This document shows, piece after piece, positions 8,632 through 18,654 of a stretch of 64,000 nucleotides of DNA. The DNA comes from a virus. The translations under genes and the position numbers were made by a program. How positions within the stretch are numbered: position 1 is the stretch's first letter; each line of letters starts with the position of its first letter. The stretch lies in the IMG/VR virus record IMGVR_UViG_3300048074_000119; one strand, written 5' to 3'. The notes under the pieces were generated by a model. That model did no database searches. It was not told where the DNA came from and was given only the letters and a program-made list of their open reading frames with translations.

Positions 8632-9223
8632 CACGATCAACGTCTACGTCTACCGCCACGCCGAGGGCGTCGGCCTGTCGCTCAACGACCTGCGGGTGGC
8701 AGGTCCCAAGCCGAGAGGTGGCGCCGAGGTCATCCACTCGTTCGACGTCCACATGGCCGACCTGCTCCTCGCTCTACGGCCGGATGGTTCGGAGTCGTCG
8801 ACCTTCGACGCGAAGAGCGACACGCCGAAGTCGCCGAGCCAGGCCATGCAGGTGCTGGCGGCATTCGCGCGCACGGCCCCCGGTCGCTTGCCGGAGCGTG
8901 TCGAGAAGGCGCTGCAGTTGGCGGAGGTGAGTGCCTTCTCGCACAGTGGCAAGGCGACCGCGCTGGGGACGAAGTCGATCGTCGTCCGTATCGGCGATTT
9001 CGAGTCCGTGGCAGTGGACGAGTCTGGGCGTCCCATCAGGTCGACGACGGTAGAGGCGTACGAGCTGCGGTCGCTCCAGTTGAGGACGCGGCAAGATCGC
9101 CTGACTGTCGAGAACAATGGATGGCTCTCAGGTTGTGCTCGCGACGAGGTGCCGATGGTGCTGTTGTCGAGAGTGGACTTCGAGCGCCTCGTTCTGTTCG
9201 CGGAGGCGCCAACGGGTCTGTAG
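8624..9223 (+). CDS. hypothetical protein
   Basis: Coupled ORF ending before a promoter. Confidence 0.5.
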   Translation: MADTINVYVYRHAEGVGLSLNDLRVAGPKPRGGAEVIHSFDVHMADLLLALRPDGSESSTFDAKSDTPKSPSQAMQVLAAFARTAPGRLPERVEKALQLAEVSAFSHSGKATALGTKSIVVRIGDFESVAVDESGRPIRSTTVEAYELRSLQLRTRQDRLTVENNGWLSGCARDEVPMVLLSRVDFERLVLFAEAPTGL

Positions 9224-9225
9224 TC

Positions 9226-9254
9226 TTGACGATGGTCCGGGTATGGGCAACACT
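9226..9254 (+). promoter_or_regulatory. sigma70-like promoter, leaderless
   Basis: TTGACG-17-AACACT; ATG 7 nt downstream at 9262. Confidence 0.6.
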
Positions 9255-9261
9255 GGGCCAC

Positions 9262-9759
9262 ATGATGAATCCCAACACCACGCCCATCGCTGACCCCCGC
9301 CCGCTCCTCCTGCTGATCCCCGAGACCATCGTCGCCGGGCGCAACTCGGCGCTCACCGAGCCGTTCCTCCGAGCGTATCGCGAGCGCCACCCGACGGCGC
9401 CCGCGCTCGCGACGCTGAGGCCCATGCCCGACATCCTGAAGGTGGTCCCGGCGTCTTGGCGGCTGGTGCTCATCCCCGAGCTGTCCATCCTGCCGCAGAG
9501 GCTGATCGTGGACAGCAAGGAGCTGGTGCTCGGCGCGCCCCCGGACGAGGCGGCGAAGAACATCATCCTCAAGTCGGCGAGCCCGGCGAAGCTCGAAGAG
9601 GCGTACTCGTTCGAGCGTTTCATGGAGAGCTGGCCGGGGTCCATCCCGGATCTGCACTTCGAGCGCGTCGCCAAGCGCGCGGAGATCGTCCTCGAGATCG
9701 AGAACAACAACGAGGGCCCGGTGCTCTTCCGCGGCGCACTGCTCGGCAGCGGCGGCTGA
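9262..9759 (+). CDS. hypothetical protein
   Basis: Starts immediately after promoter. Confidence 0.55.
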   Translation: MMNPNTTPIADPRPLLLLIPETIVAGRNSALTEPFLRAYRERHPTAPALATLRPMPDILKVVPASWRLVLIPELSILPQRLIVDSKELVLGAPPDEAAKNIILKSASPAKLEEAYSFERFMESWPGSIPDLHFERVAKRAEIVLEIENNNEGPVLFRGALLGSGG

Positions 9760-9984
9760 GTGATCGACGCGGAATCGATCGAGGCGCTCTGCGACCAGGT
9801 GTCGGCGGGGGTGTGTAGCGACGCCACCCCCTCCGAGCGCCATGCCGCATGGGCGGCGCTCACGAAGGTGCACGGCTGGCTCGAGGTGGCGGCCGACGTG
9901 GTGTCGGTGGCCAAGCTGGTCGAGGAGGGGACCGCGCCGCCCTCCGAACTGTTCAACACGATCGCGCGCTTGAGGACCCCATGA
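9760..9984 (+). CDS. hypothetical protein
   Basis: Abuts previous stop. Confidence 0.45.
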   Translation: MIDAESIEALCDQVSAGVCSDATPSERHAAWAALTKVHGWLEVAADVVSVAKLVEEGTAPPSELFNTIARLRTP

Positions 9985-10331
9985 CCTACGTCATCTTCGG
10001 CATCGGCGTCTTGGCGGTGTTGGTCTTGGTGCGCGTGGCTATGAACATGCGCAGTTGGCGCAACCTCGAGCGTAACGCCGCCATCGACCCGCTCTGCCTC
10101 GCGATGCTCACGATTCTCCGCGACGAGGCCAAGGATGGCATGGTGGTCAGCGACATCATGGGACGCACCGTGCGGACGGTCCCTGGTGCGACGTACAAGC
10201 AAGCGCTGATGGCGTTCAGTGCCATCAAAGCGCTCGAACTGATCGTCGCTGTGGGCACGGCCGTTCCTTCTGGCACACCCACCTACGTGCTCAGCGCTCT
10301 CGGCCTCCAGTGGGTCCAGAAGGGCGAGTGA
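9981..10331 (+). CDS. TM segment plus winged-helix-like domain
   Basis: Hydrophobic N-terminus; C-terminal Y.LS..G pattern of PadR-like wHTH. Confidence 0.45.
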   Translation: MTYVIFGIGVLAVLVLVRVAMNMRSWRNLERNAAIDPLCLAMLTILRDEAKDGMVVSDIMGRTVRTVPGATYKQALMAFSAIKALELIVAVGTAVPSGTPTYVLSALGLQWVQKGE

Positions 10332-10337
10332 CGAGCG

Positions 10338-10778
10338 ATGAGGCCGTACGTCGAGCGCCACGTCCTCGGGCCCGACATGATCGAGTTGCTCCGGCGTGTG
10401 AGCCATTTCGTCGGCATCGTTCCCGAGCAGGACGAGGGTGGCCAAGAGGTGCGCTGTCACGAACTCGCCAGGGCGGTGCAAAGCTTCCTAAGCCAGTCGG
10501 AGCCCCTCTACCGGTGGGAGGTCTGCGACGGGAAGTTCCTCAGGCTCTACGACCACTCGTGGCTCGAGCTGACGACGCCGCGCGACGAGCTCACGAAGAG
10601 GGCGATACGCATCTCCGGAACGGAGCGCGTGGTGCTCGACGTCTATGCGATCGGCGCGGTCCCGCAGGTGCAGATGGTCTACCAGTCGGCCCTGATGGAC
10701 AGGTTCCAGCGAGGTGCTCCCCGGGAGGACATTCGGCACGACGTGGTGACGTGGTTGGGCCGATGGAGGCACCTGTGA
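10338..10778 (+). CDS. hypothetical protein
   Basis: ORF in operon. Confidence 0.5.
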   Translation: MRPYVERHVLGPDMIELLRRVSHFVGIVPEQDEGGQEVRCHELARAVQSFLSQSEPLYRWEVCDGKFLRLYDHSWLELTTPRDELTKRAIRISGTERVVLDVYAIGAVPQVQMVYQSALMDRFQRGAPREDIRHDVVTWLGRWRHL

Positions 10779-10981
10779 ACGTGTTCGCTCTCGTGCGCGA
10801 GACCGTGGCGCTGCGACGCGCCTACGACTGCACCCACAGCTGGGTGAAGGCGACCGAGACCGAGGAGCAGTGCGCTCACTGCGGCGTCATCGCCACCGCC
10901 GAGGGGAAGGCGAACCTGCGCGCGATGACCGTGAGCTGGCATCGTCGTCGGGGGACCATGCCCCCTCCGGAGGCAGGATGA
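10775..10981 (+). CDS. small zinc-binding protein
   Basis: CTH...CAHC. Confidence 0.45.
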   Translation: MNVFALVRETVALRRAYDCTHSWVKATETEEQCAHCGVIATAEGKANLRAMTVSWHRRRGTMPPPEAG

Positions 10982-11247
10982 CCCACATCTTGGCCAGCGC
11001 CATCCGTCGTGGCGCTCCGGCTCGTCCGGTCGGGCGCCAGTGGGCCGCGGTGACAGTTCGGGTGGAGAAGGGTAGCCTGATCGTTCAGCCGGGGATCGGC
11101 GTGCTCAAGCCCGAGACGCTCGTGTTCCCGGTGCCGGACACTGTGTTGGTGCAGGGTCCGGACGGGGAAGTGATCCGCCCGAGCGGGCGCTTCATGATCA
11201 CGACCGAGACGTTCGACCCCTACCACCTCGTCATCGACGACTTCTAG
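10978..11247 (+). CDS. hypothetical protein
   Basis: ATGA overlap. Confidence 0.45.
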   Translation: MTHILASAIRRGAPARPVGRQWAAVTVRVEKGSLIVQPGIGVLKPETLVFPVPDTVLVQGPDGEVIRPSGRFMITTETFDPYHLVIDDF

Positions 11248-11254
11248 GACCCCT

Positions 11255-11704
11255 GTGACCTTGCTCCGTCTCTCCGAGACCGCGTTCTTCGTCGTCTGCG
11301 TCGGCGCCGCGCTCGTGCTGCTGGTGCTGATCGTGGCGGCCGTGGCGGACCTGCCGATCGGGCTTGTGGCAGGCCTCTGGGGCGTGGTGCGTGTGGTCCC
11401 GGCGCTGATCTGGTTGAAGTGGCGCGCGTTCAAGTCGTGGCTGTGGATGAAGGTGGTCTGGCCGATCCGTCGCCGGAAGGACGATCGGCTCATCGCGGAG
11501 AGGGAGCGCAAGGGGTTGCCCGTCTACATCCGCTGCGCCGATCACAAGGACTTTGGGGGGAGCTGCGAGAACGATGCGACGTGGGCCATCATCGCCGACT
11601 TCAACCCAGACAACATGCCGACGTACTGCGACGGTTGCGCGGAGAAGTGCGTGGAGAAGGCCGATGGAACCATGAAGCGTGTGGGACCGGTGGAGCGCCG
11701 ATGA
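11255..11704 (+). CDS. membrane protein with C-terminal Cys cluster
   Basis: Two TM segments; CxxC pairs. Confidence 0.5.
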   Translation: MTLLRLSETAFFVVCVGAALVLLVLIVAAVADLPIGLVAGLWGVVRVVPALIWLKWRAFKSWLWMKVVWPIRRRKDDRLIAERERKGLPVYIRCADHKDFGGSCENDATWAIIADFNPDNMPTYCDGCAEKCVEKADGTMKRVGPVERR

Positions 11705-12984
11705 AGACCACGTTCCAGAGGTTGGACAACGACCTCGTGCTGGGTGTCGCCAAGAACAAGCACCTGAACTCCGTGGCCGTGCTCGTGGCTGTGCGGGTGG
11801 GGTCGCGCGACGAGCCCAAGGGGATGCACGGGGCAGCGCACTTCCTCGAGCACATGCTCTTCCGGGGAACGAAGCGGCGACCGAACTCGTTGGCGCTCAC
11901 CGGGCTGGTGGAGTCGAAGGGTGGCGACTGCAACGCCTTCACGGACAAGGACCTGACGTGCCTCCACGTCCGGATGGTGAAGAACGACGGCCTGGTGGCG
12001 GTGGACGTCGTGCACGACATGATAGCGAACCCGCTCCTCCGCACGGCCGATGTGAAGCAAGAGCGCGTGGTCGTGCGCGACGAGATCGCCGCCTCCGACA
12101 ACGACCCGAACCAGACGCTCTGGAAGCTGTCGGAGAGCATCGCGTACGCAGGAACGGGTCTCGAGCATCCGGTCTTGGGGACCGATGTGGACTTCTCTGC
12201 CGCGTCGCTCCGCAAGTTCTTCCGCTACCACTACGTGCCGCGCAAGATGGCGGTGGTGTTGGCAGGCGCCGTCGACGACGAGGTCATCGCAGAGGCGACC
12301 CGGCTGTTCGGGTCCCTGCCGTACGTGCCCTCGGTGTCGAACAGCAAGATGGTCCACGTCGAGCACATGGCCCCGGAGCCACCCCCACCGGGAGTCTCGT
12401 TCAAGGTGGCGGGCACCGATCGCCTCGACGTCGTCATGCGCTTCCCGGGGGTGCCCGAGGGACACCCTCACGACCGGGCCCTCGAACTGCTGATGCTGGC
12501 GTTGGGCGGCTTCTCCTCCGGCCGCCTGTTCCAGTCTCTCCGGGAGCGGGATGGGCTCTGCTACGCCATCCAAGCCTCCGTGGAGGGGCATCGCGGCGTG
12601 GGGTCAGCGATCATCACGACCGAGTTGAGCCCAGAGAAGTTCGGCCTCGCGATGCAGGCCATCTGGAAGGAGGTCTGGGCGGTCCGGAAGCGCGGCCTGA
12701 GCGTCGAGGAGCTCAAGGCGGTCAAGGCCTACAGCCAAGCGAACGTGCTGTTGCAGAAGGACCAGCCGCTGCAGGTGGCGGAGGAGGCGGCCCGCGCGGT
12801 GCTCCTCAGCCGCTACGAGACCCCGGCAGAAGAGATCCGGAGGATCGACGCGGTCACGCTCGAGGACATCCGGGTGGTGGCCAAGCTCTACCTGGATCTG
12901 ACCAAGGTGCACGTGGCGGTCGTGGGACCGGCCTCGGCGCGCCGGAGCGTCGAGAAGCCGATCGCGGCCCCGTGGCTCTGGTGA
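11701..12984 (+). CDS. M16 family zinc metallopeptidase
   Basis: GSRDE, HFLEHMLFRGT (HxxEH), NAFT, LFQSLRERDGLCY motifs. Confidence 0.92.
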   Translation: MKTTFQRLDNDLVLGVAKNKHLNSVAVLVAVRVGSRDEPKGMHGAAHFLEHMLFRGTKRRPNSLALTGLVESKGGDCNAFTDKDLTCLHVRMVKNDGLVAVDVVHDMIANPLLRTADVKQERVVVRDEIAASDNDPNQTLWKLSESIAYAGTGLEHPVLGTDVDFSAASLRKFFRYHYVPRKMAVVLAGAVDDEVIAEATRLFGSLPYVPSVSNSKMVHVEHMAPEPPPPGVSFKVAGTDRLDVVMRFPGVPEGHPHDRALELLMLALGGFSSGRLFQSLRERDGLCYAIQASVEGHRGVGSAIITTELSPEKFGLAMQAIWKEVWAVRKRGLSVEELKAVKAYSQANVLLQKDQPLQVAEEAARAVLLSRYETPAEEIRRIDAVTLEDIRVVAKLYLDLTKVHVAVVGPASARRSVEKPIAAPWLW

Positions 12985-12994
12985 CCGACGGCCG

Positions 12995-13023
12995 TTGACA
13001 ACCGCCCATGCATGGGCCATCCT
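12995..13023 (+). promoter_or_regulatory. sigma70-like promoter with palindromic spacer, leaderless
   Basis: TTGACA-17-CATCCT; spacer holds the perfect palindrome GCCCATGCATGGGC; ATG 6 nt downstream at 13030. Confidence 0.7.
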
Positions 13024-13029
13024 CGGCCC

Positions 13030-14895
13030 ATGGTTGCAACCGCGGAGCAGCTCGGCCCGGCCGAGCGCATCATCCAAGCGCTGATCGGCTACACGGACCA
13101 CATGGTCCACAACCGCCCGGGCATCGTGGTGCCCGCGCAGAACCCCGTCGGCAAGCAGTGGTTCTACTGCAAGCGGGCGAAGGGGGAGGGGGACCAGAGC
13201 CTCTGCATCCGACAGGACAAGGTGGGCACGAAGACCGTGCCCCGGCGCATCGGCGTGATCGGTCCCGACGGCATCGTTCGGGACGGGGCCCGTGTGGTGG
13301 GCGAGTTCCGGGAGGCGGGCATCTTCAAGGAGGTCGCCGTCTGGATGTACCGTCAGGTGGCGGAGGTCTGGAAGGTCGACAACGAGTTCGCGGCGCACTG
13401 GGCGAGCTACCAGTACCCGCTCGAGAACCGGGACCTCAAGGCGGTGCTGGCGGCGTTCCTGCTGGTGCAGTCCCGCAAGGGCGACCCGGTGCACGACATG
13501 AGGGATGGGGTGGCCCAGTTCCTCTTCGCTGACGAGGACTACCGGGAGGTCGGCGAGGCGATGATGCTCGGGCCGGTGAACGGTCCGAAGGGCAAGGAGC
13601 TGGACCCCAAGCAGATCCTCCGGGTCCGGCGGGTGCTCGAGCTGCCGGAGGTCGTGGCGATCAACCGCGAGCTCGGGTTCAGCCGCGGCCGCGGCACGCC
13701 GTACGGCCGCTGGGAGACGGTGGTCCGCAAGTGGCTCGAGCACCGTGAGGACAACCCGAAGCTCATGGTGGGCCTGATCAAGTCGGGCATGCGCCGCATG
13801 GTTCGGACGCTGGCGACCCTGAGCCACTACAAGCCGAAGACCCAGAAGTTCTACCAGCAGCTGCGCTGGAAGCAGACGCAGGCCAAGAGCGGTCACCGTC
13901 AGGTGGCCATCGGGATGGCGATCGAGGCGGCGGAGACCTGGGAGGGCCTGAGCGAGGCCGACATCTGCGCCCGCATCGTGAAGGAGCGCCTCTCGTGGAA
14001 GGCGGTCGTGCCGCGCATCCCGGCGGCGATCGGGGTCACCAAGGCGATGGTGGCGGCGGCGATCGAGTCGGGGGGCTTCTCGGACAAGGAGCTGGTGGTC
14101 TACGCCCCGACCATCGAAGCGTTCGGCCTGCTCGAGGACGCGGCAATCAAGGCGCGCTGGATGGCGGCGCTCCAGTCGGCAGAGGACCTCCGTGCGGCGA
14201 ACGTCGCCAAGCGGATGCGGGGGGACGAGGCCAAGGCCCAGATGGTCGAGGCGGCGGAGAAGGTGGTCCAGAAGGCGGTCGAAGAGGTCGTCCGCGGGAT
14301 CATGGTGAAGGTCGTCGTGGACATCTCGGGGTCGATGGACAAGTCGATCGAGCGCGCGAAGGAGCTGACGGCCAAGATCGTCCAGGCCTTCCCGCCGGAG
14401 AAGATGTCGGTCTCCGTGTTCAACACGGTCGGCCGCGAGGTGGTCATCAAGCACCGCTCCGTGGCCGGGGTGATGCAGGCGTTCCAGGGCATCCGCGCGA
14501 CGGGTGGCACCAGCTACGCCGAGGGTGTGAAGGCGCTCCTGCACCACCGCGCAGCGCCCGACGAGGACACGGTCTACTTCTTCATCGGCGACCAAGAGAA
14601 CAGCGTGGGGCCGTCGTTCACGCCCGCGTTCGGTGACGAGCGCCCGGTCGCGTTCGGCATGCTCCAGGTGGGCGGCCACGGCCTCTGCGTCAAGAACACG
14701 GCGGTGCTGCTCGGCATCCCGTGCTTCGACATCGACGAGAAGACGTTCGACGACCCGTACGCGATCCCGCGCACCCTGCGCGCGCTCATCGCGTCGACGC
14801 CGGTGGGGGTCATGGCGACGGCGTCCAAGCGCGTGGTCTTGGCGGACACCATCCTCAAGACCGAGCTGCTCAAGCGTCCCGTCTGGGCGGCCTGA
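13030..14895 (+). CDS. helical N-domain plus vWA domain protein (TROVE/Ro60-like architecture)
   Basis: MIDAS DISGSM, GGTSY and FIGD motifs in C-terminus; long alpha-helical N-terminus. Ro60 homology is unconfirmed. Confidence 0.7.
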   Translation: MVATAEQLGPAERIIQALIGYTDHMVHNRPGIVVPAQNPVGKQWFYCKRAKGEGDQSLCIRQDKVGTKTVPRRIGVIGPDGIVRDGARVVGEFREAGIFKEVAVWMYRQVAEVWKVDNEFAAHWASYQYPLENRDLKAVLAAFLLVQSRKGDPVHDMRDGVAQFLFADEDYREVGEAMMLGPVNGPKGKELDPKQILRVRRVLELPEVVAINRELGFSRGRGTPYGRWETVVRKWLEHREDNPKLMVGLIKSGMRRMVRTLATLSHYKPKTQKFYQQLRWKQTQAKSGHRQVAIGMAIEAAETWEGLSEADICARIVKERLSWKAVVPRIPAAIGVTKAMVAAAIESGGFSDKELVVYAPTIEAFGLLEDAAIKARWMAALQSAEDLRAANVAKRMRGDEAKAQMVEAAEKVVQKAVEEVVRGIMVKVVVDISGSMDKSIERAKELTAKIVQAFPPEKMSVSVFNTVGREVVIKHRSVAGVMQAFQGIRATGGTSYAEGVKALLHHRAAPDEDTVYFFIGDQENSVGPSFTPAFGDERPVAFGMLQVGGHGLCVKNTAVLLGIPCFDIDEKTFDDPYAIPRTLRALIASTPVGVMATASKRVVLADTILKTELLKRPVWAA

Positions 14896-15170
14896 TGTCG
14901 GAGGAGCACGAACGAGACCTGATCTACCAGCGGGCCGACGCTGCGCGCGTGGGCCTGAAGGCGATGGATCGGGTGGAGCGGGCTGCGCGCGTCCGAAGGG
15001 TGCGCTGGCTGGTGACGCTGTTCGTCCTCGCGTTCGTGCTCCCCTCCGCCGTCTACCAGCTGGCCTGGTACTGGTTCTCGGAGACGCACGAGTGCACGCG
15101 GTGGCAGCGCTTCGATCAGCCGCACCCGCCCTTGGCGTACAGCGCGTGCGTGGAGTGGAAGCGGCGCTGA
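14895..15170 (+). CDS. membrane protein
   Basis: Single TM; coupled start. Confidence 0.5.
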   Translation: MSEEHERDLIYQRADAARVGLKAMDRVERAARVRRVRWLVTLFVLAFVLPSAVYQLAWYWFSETHECTRWQRFDQPHPPLAYSACVEWKRR

Positions 15171-15188
15171 GGCCGCGAGGAGAAGCCA

Positions 15189-15500
15189 ATGAGCAACAAA
15201 GATGTGGTCGTCTACGACACCGACACGCTGCGAAAGCTCCGCGATTTCACGTTCGATCCGGACAAGCCGTTCCGCGAAAGCGTCAACACGTTTCTGGAGG
15301 TGCTGGGTGCCGCGCGCGACGTGGCTGGGTGGACTGGCACACTCAGTTTCGGGGTCATGTGTGGGGTCGTGCTCAAGGTCAGCCACTATGGCTGGATGCT
15401 GAAGAAGCCGGGCGTTCTGCTCGATCGGGGTGAGTGGGCCCCCACCTTGGCGGATCCGGAATCGTTCGTGAGCGCGCTCGAGGCGTGGTGCAGCCCGTGA
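15189..15500 (+). CDS. hypothetical protein
   Basis: RBS GAGGAG upstream. Confidence 0.55.
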   Translation: MSNKDVVVYDTDTLRKLRDFTFDPDKPFRESVNTFLEVLGAARDVAGWTGTLSFGVMCGVVLKVSHYGWMLKKPGVLLDRGEWAPTLADPESFVSALEAWCSP

Positions 15501-15661
15501 GTCACGAACCGCGACTTCGCCGCCTCCGCTCTATCATGGAGGACGAAGGCCTTCTGGTTCGGCGGCGAAGCGTGCAGGGGCGATACGTCGCCGCGTGGGT
15601 GACGCTGTCCATCGGCATCGCCATGCTGGTGTACTTCATGGTTCACGGGGGTTCCCAGTGA
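15497..15661 (+). CDS. small membrane protein
   Basis: C-terminal TM; GTGA overlap. Confidence 0.45.
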   Translation: MSHEPRLRRLRSIMEDEGLLVRRRSVQGRYVAAWVTLSIGIAMLVYFMVHGGSQ

Positions 15662-16056
15662 GCGTAGAGGGTGACGCGCCCGCCGCGGTGGTGCACGACG
15701 AGCAGTGCGACCAAGACCGAGCCAAGAGGGAGGCATGCTTCTGTGGTGCGTCGGCCGCGACGTCGCCAGGGCAGCTCATGACCCAGCTCTCGTGGGCTCG
15801 GATGCAGTACCAAGAGCGGGTCGAGCAGCTCTGCGCGTCGGCAGGGCGCCCCGTCGTCGAAGCCGCCTTGGCGCTGCTCCCGCAGGGTCCTGTCGAGACG
15901 AAGACGCACGAGGAGGAGAAGAGGTTCCAGCTGACGCTGTGGCTGGCGCGCGACGAGCACGCCCAGGCCGCTCGGAAGGTCATCGCCGACGGTGGCATCT
16001 ACTGCGTCTATCACGGTGGCGACATGCGTCGCTGCCCACCCGGATCGCACACGTAG
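15658..16056 (+). CDS. hypothetical protein
   Basis: GTGA overlap. Confidence 0.45.
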   Translation: MSVEGDAPAAVVHDEQCDQDRAKREACFCGASAATSPGQLMTQLSWARMQYQERVEQLCASAGRPVVEAALALLPQGPVETKTHEEEKRFQLTLWLARDEHAQAARKVIADGGIYCVYHGGDMRRCPPGSHT

Positions 16057-16064
16057 GAGGTCTC

Positions 16065-17333
16065 GTGTCCAAGCGCAACGTGTCCAAGTCCAAGCCCACG
16101 CCCCCGCCCGTCCCGACGACGACCTCCGGCACTTTCCAAGGGGTGCCTTGGCGCGTGACGATATCGCCGGCCGATGTTCCTCACATGATCCTCTGCCCGG
16201 ACGGTCGGCGTCGTCACCCGATGTATCCCAGCCGCGCTGCGGCCGAGGCCGTTGCGGAGGTCGTACGCCGTCGCCGCGCCGGGTGCACGGCCTTCTCTAG
16301 CATCTCCACGCCGTGCATGTGTCCCACCCCGAAGGGTCCTCACACGGTCGAGTCGGTGGACGACTACAACAAGCGCATCGATCAGCAACGCATGAAGGAG
16401 AACACGATGGCCGCGAAGACCACGAAGAAGACCGCGACGAAGAAGGGCGCCCGTGCGACCGAGCAGCCCGCCCATGCGCCGGAGGCTCCGGCGGTGCCGC
16501 CGCCCCCGGCCGTCCCGCCGCCGCCCATCGCGCCGCCCGCGGCCTTCCCGCCGTCGGACACCTTCGGGCAGTCGCTCCCCGACGTGGTGGAGTTGCACGG
16601 CCTCCGGGCGAAGCTCTTCTCGGGGACGGAGGAAGAGCGGGTGGAGGCGTGGAAGAAGATCCAGGAGATCGAGCAGCGTCGCCGCATCCGCGACATCAAC
16701 GAGCGTGTGTTCTCGAACGCGGTGGCGACAGCGACGGCGGCGACCGTGGGGCGTGTGGAGGGCAACCTCCTCGAGCTCACGAAGGCGCTGGTCGACGAGG
16801 CGCGTCGGCGTGACCAGAAGAAGGCGCGCAAGAAGGAGCGCGTCCACATCGTGCTCAAGGGCGGCGGCCTCGACGTCGACATCACGGCGGAGAACGTCAA
16901 GGAGGCGGCGAAGCGCCTGCGCAAGGTGCTCTCGCGAATCGATCCGGAGTCGCCGTCCGCGTGGGCGGTCGAGCGCACGCTGACCCTGCAGTTCCCCGAG
17001 ACGCTGGTGCCGCCCGGTGGGGTCGAGTCGCTGCGGGTGCGGGTCGAGGCGCCGTTCAAGAACGAGCGCTTCGTGCTGACCTGCCCGCAGCTCAGCGACC
17101 TCGTGGTCGAGGACGTCCGGGTGGGGGGCAAGTCGATGTTCGACTCGGACGGTCTCGGCGCGGTGCCAGCGACGGCCTACGGCGTCACGTCGGTGGGCGT
17201 GGGCATGACGTGGACCGCGGCGCAGCCCGGGCAGTTCATCGTCGTGAAGGTCCGCAACACGGGCAAGGTGCCGGCGATGGTGCGGGCGGCGTGCTTCGGC
17301 CGCGACCCGGGCCACTACAGCGAACGGACCTAG
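16065..17333 (+). CDS. Pro-rich linker protein with C-terminal beta-sandwich domain of the 59656 family (alternative start 16407)
   Basis: RTLTLQFPET..ERFV..LVVEDVRVG..VPA..VGVG..PG..RN..RAACFGR aligns to 59656. AAGGAG precedes ATG 16407. Confidence 0.7.
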   Translation: MSKRNVSKSKPTPPPVPTTTSGTFQGVPWRVTISPADVPHMILCPDGRRRHPMYPSRAAAEAVAEVVRRRRAGCTAFSSISTPCMCPTPKGPHTVESVDDYNKRIDQQRMKENTMAAKTTKKTATKKGARATEQPAHAPEAPAVPPPPAVPPPPIAPPAAFPPSDTFGQSLPDVVELHGLRAKLFSGTEEERVEAWKKIQEIEQRRRIRDINERVFSNAVATATAATVGRVEGNLLELTKALVDEARRRDQKKARKKERVHIVLKGGGLDVDITAENVKEAAKRLRKVLSRIDPESPSAWAVERTLTLQFPETLVPPGGVESLRVRVEAPFKNERFVLTCPQLSDLVVEDVRVGGKSMFDSDGLGAVPATAYGVTSVGVGMTWTAAQPGQFIVVKVRNTGKVPAMVRAACFGRDPGHYSERT

Positions 17334-17335
17334 CG

Positions 17336-17506
17336 ATGGCCGCCGCACGTAAGAAAGCAGCAGGACGGTCACCGAAGTCGATGGAGCAGGAGATCGCCGC
17401 GCTGAAGGAGCAGTTGGAGCACGCGCGCGTCGACCTTGGCCTGCTGCGCGATGACGTGCGCCTGCTGCAAACGGACGTGCTTCGGCTCAAGGTGGGGCAG
17501 CTATGA
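17336..17506 (+). CDS. small coiled-coil protein
   Basis: Leucine heptads. Confidence 0.5.
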   Translation: MAAARKKAAGRSPKSMEQEIAALKEQLEHARVDLGLLRDDVRLLQTDVLRLKVGQL

Positions 17507-18090
17507 GCGCAAAGCGTGGAGTCGCGGCCCCGAAGCTCCTCCAGAAGGCCACCCAGAAGAAGAAGGCGAAGAAGGTGTCCCCGCCGGAGCCGCCGGGCTT
17601 GGCGGTGGGGGACGTCGTGGTCTGGCGTCGGGCCTACCCGAACGACTGGATGGAGTTGCGTGTGGTGAAGTCCATCAAGCGGACGGCGTCCCTGCACTAC
17701 CTGCGCGTCACCATCGGCGAGTTGGGTGAAGAGAAGGGGGATCGTCAGACGTCCACGGTCTTCTCGTGGAGCGTCTCGCAGCGCCGCGGTCGGTACGGCA
17801 CGTCGTTCAGCGCGCAGTACATCGAGCCGCTGACCCCGGAACTCGAGGAACGGATCGCGGCGCAGATGTTGGTGGCCCGCGCCGCCACCGTCTTCGACCC
17901 GACGGAGCGGATGCGCGCCGCGGTCCGGGACATGAAGTTCACGGCGTCCTTCGGCGCACTGATGCAGCTCAAGAACGTCGAGACGGCGATCGCGCCGCAG
18001 CTGTACGAGCTGCGCCGGACGGTGTCGGCGGTGGAGAAGCTGCTCCGCGACATCGAAGCTCTACGCAGCCGCGCCAAGCACCTGACCTGA
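17503..18090 (+). CDS. hypothetical protein
   Basis: ATGA overlap. Confidence 0.55.
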   Translation: MSAKRGVAAPKLLQKATQKKKAKKVSPPEPPGLAVGDVVVWRRAYPNDWMELRVVKSIKRTASLHYLRVTIGELGEEKGDRQTSTVFSWSVSQRRGRYGTSFSAQYIEPLTPELEERIAAQMLVARAATVFDPTERMRAAVRDMKFTASFGALMQLKNVETAIAPQLYELRRTVSAVEKLLRDIEALRSRAKHLT

Positions 18091-18102
18091 GGAGAGGCGT
18101 TC

Positions 18103-18654
18103 ATGTCGATCTACGTGGCGAGCAAGTCGAAGATGGGCCCCGAGTGGAAGCGCTGGCGTGAGGCCGGGATCCCCATCATCAGCACGTGGATCGACGAGTG
18201 CGGGCCGGGCGAGTCGAACCTGCCCGCGCTCTGGACGCGCTGCATCCAAGAGGTGTCGTCGGCCCAGGTGTTGGTGCTGGTGCACAACGAGGGCGAGGTG
18301 CAGAAGGGTTCCCTCGTCGAGATGGGCGCCGCGCTGACGTCGGGCGCGAGCGTGATCTGGGTGGGCCCCGAGTACCTGAGCGCCCAGCACCACCCCTTGG
18401 TGCATCACGCCCAGAACGTCGATGTGGCGATGGCGATGGCGATGACCAGCGTCGTCCGCGCAGCGCCGCTTCGGTTTGACCGGCGGTGCTGGAACACCCG
18501 CACCTACGAGATCGTGGGCCGCTTCATCGCCAAGCAGGCCTTGGGGATGCACATCATGTCGCTGCACCTGTCAGAGGCCAACGACGTCCTCATGTCCTAC
18601 ACGTCCTACACGAACGGTCCGGAGACCCCGGCCAACCCGGAGCCCGCGAAATGA
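18103..18654 (+). CDS. nucleoside 2-deoxyribosyltransferase-like protein
   Basis: IYVAS, STWID, GSLVEMGAAL pattern. Confidence 0.6.
   Translation: MSIYVASKSKMGPEWKRWREAGIPIISTWIDECGPGESNLPALWTRCIQEVSSAQVLVLVHNEGEVQKGSLVEMGAALTSGASVIWVGPEYLSAQHHPLVHHAQNVDVAMAMAMTSVVRAAPLRFDRRCWNTRTYEIVGRFIAKQALGMHIMSLHLSEANDVLMSYTSYTNGPETPANPEPAK

Noticed and set aside
12604-15189. Very long antisense ORFs (861 aa here; also 45143-46873, 60584-62299, 39224-40759)
   Set aside because: They shadow well-supported genes on the opposite strand. Long stop-free antisense frames are expected at this GC content, and they show no motifs.
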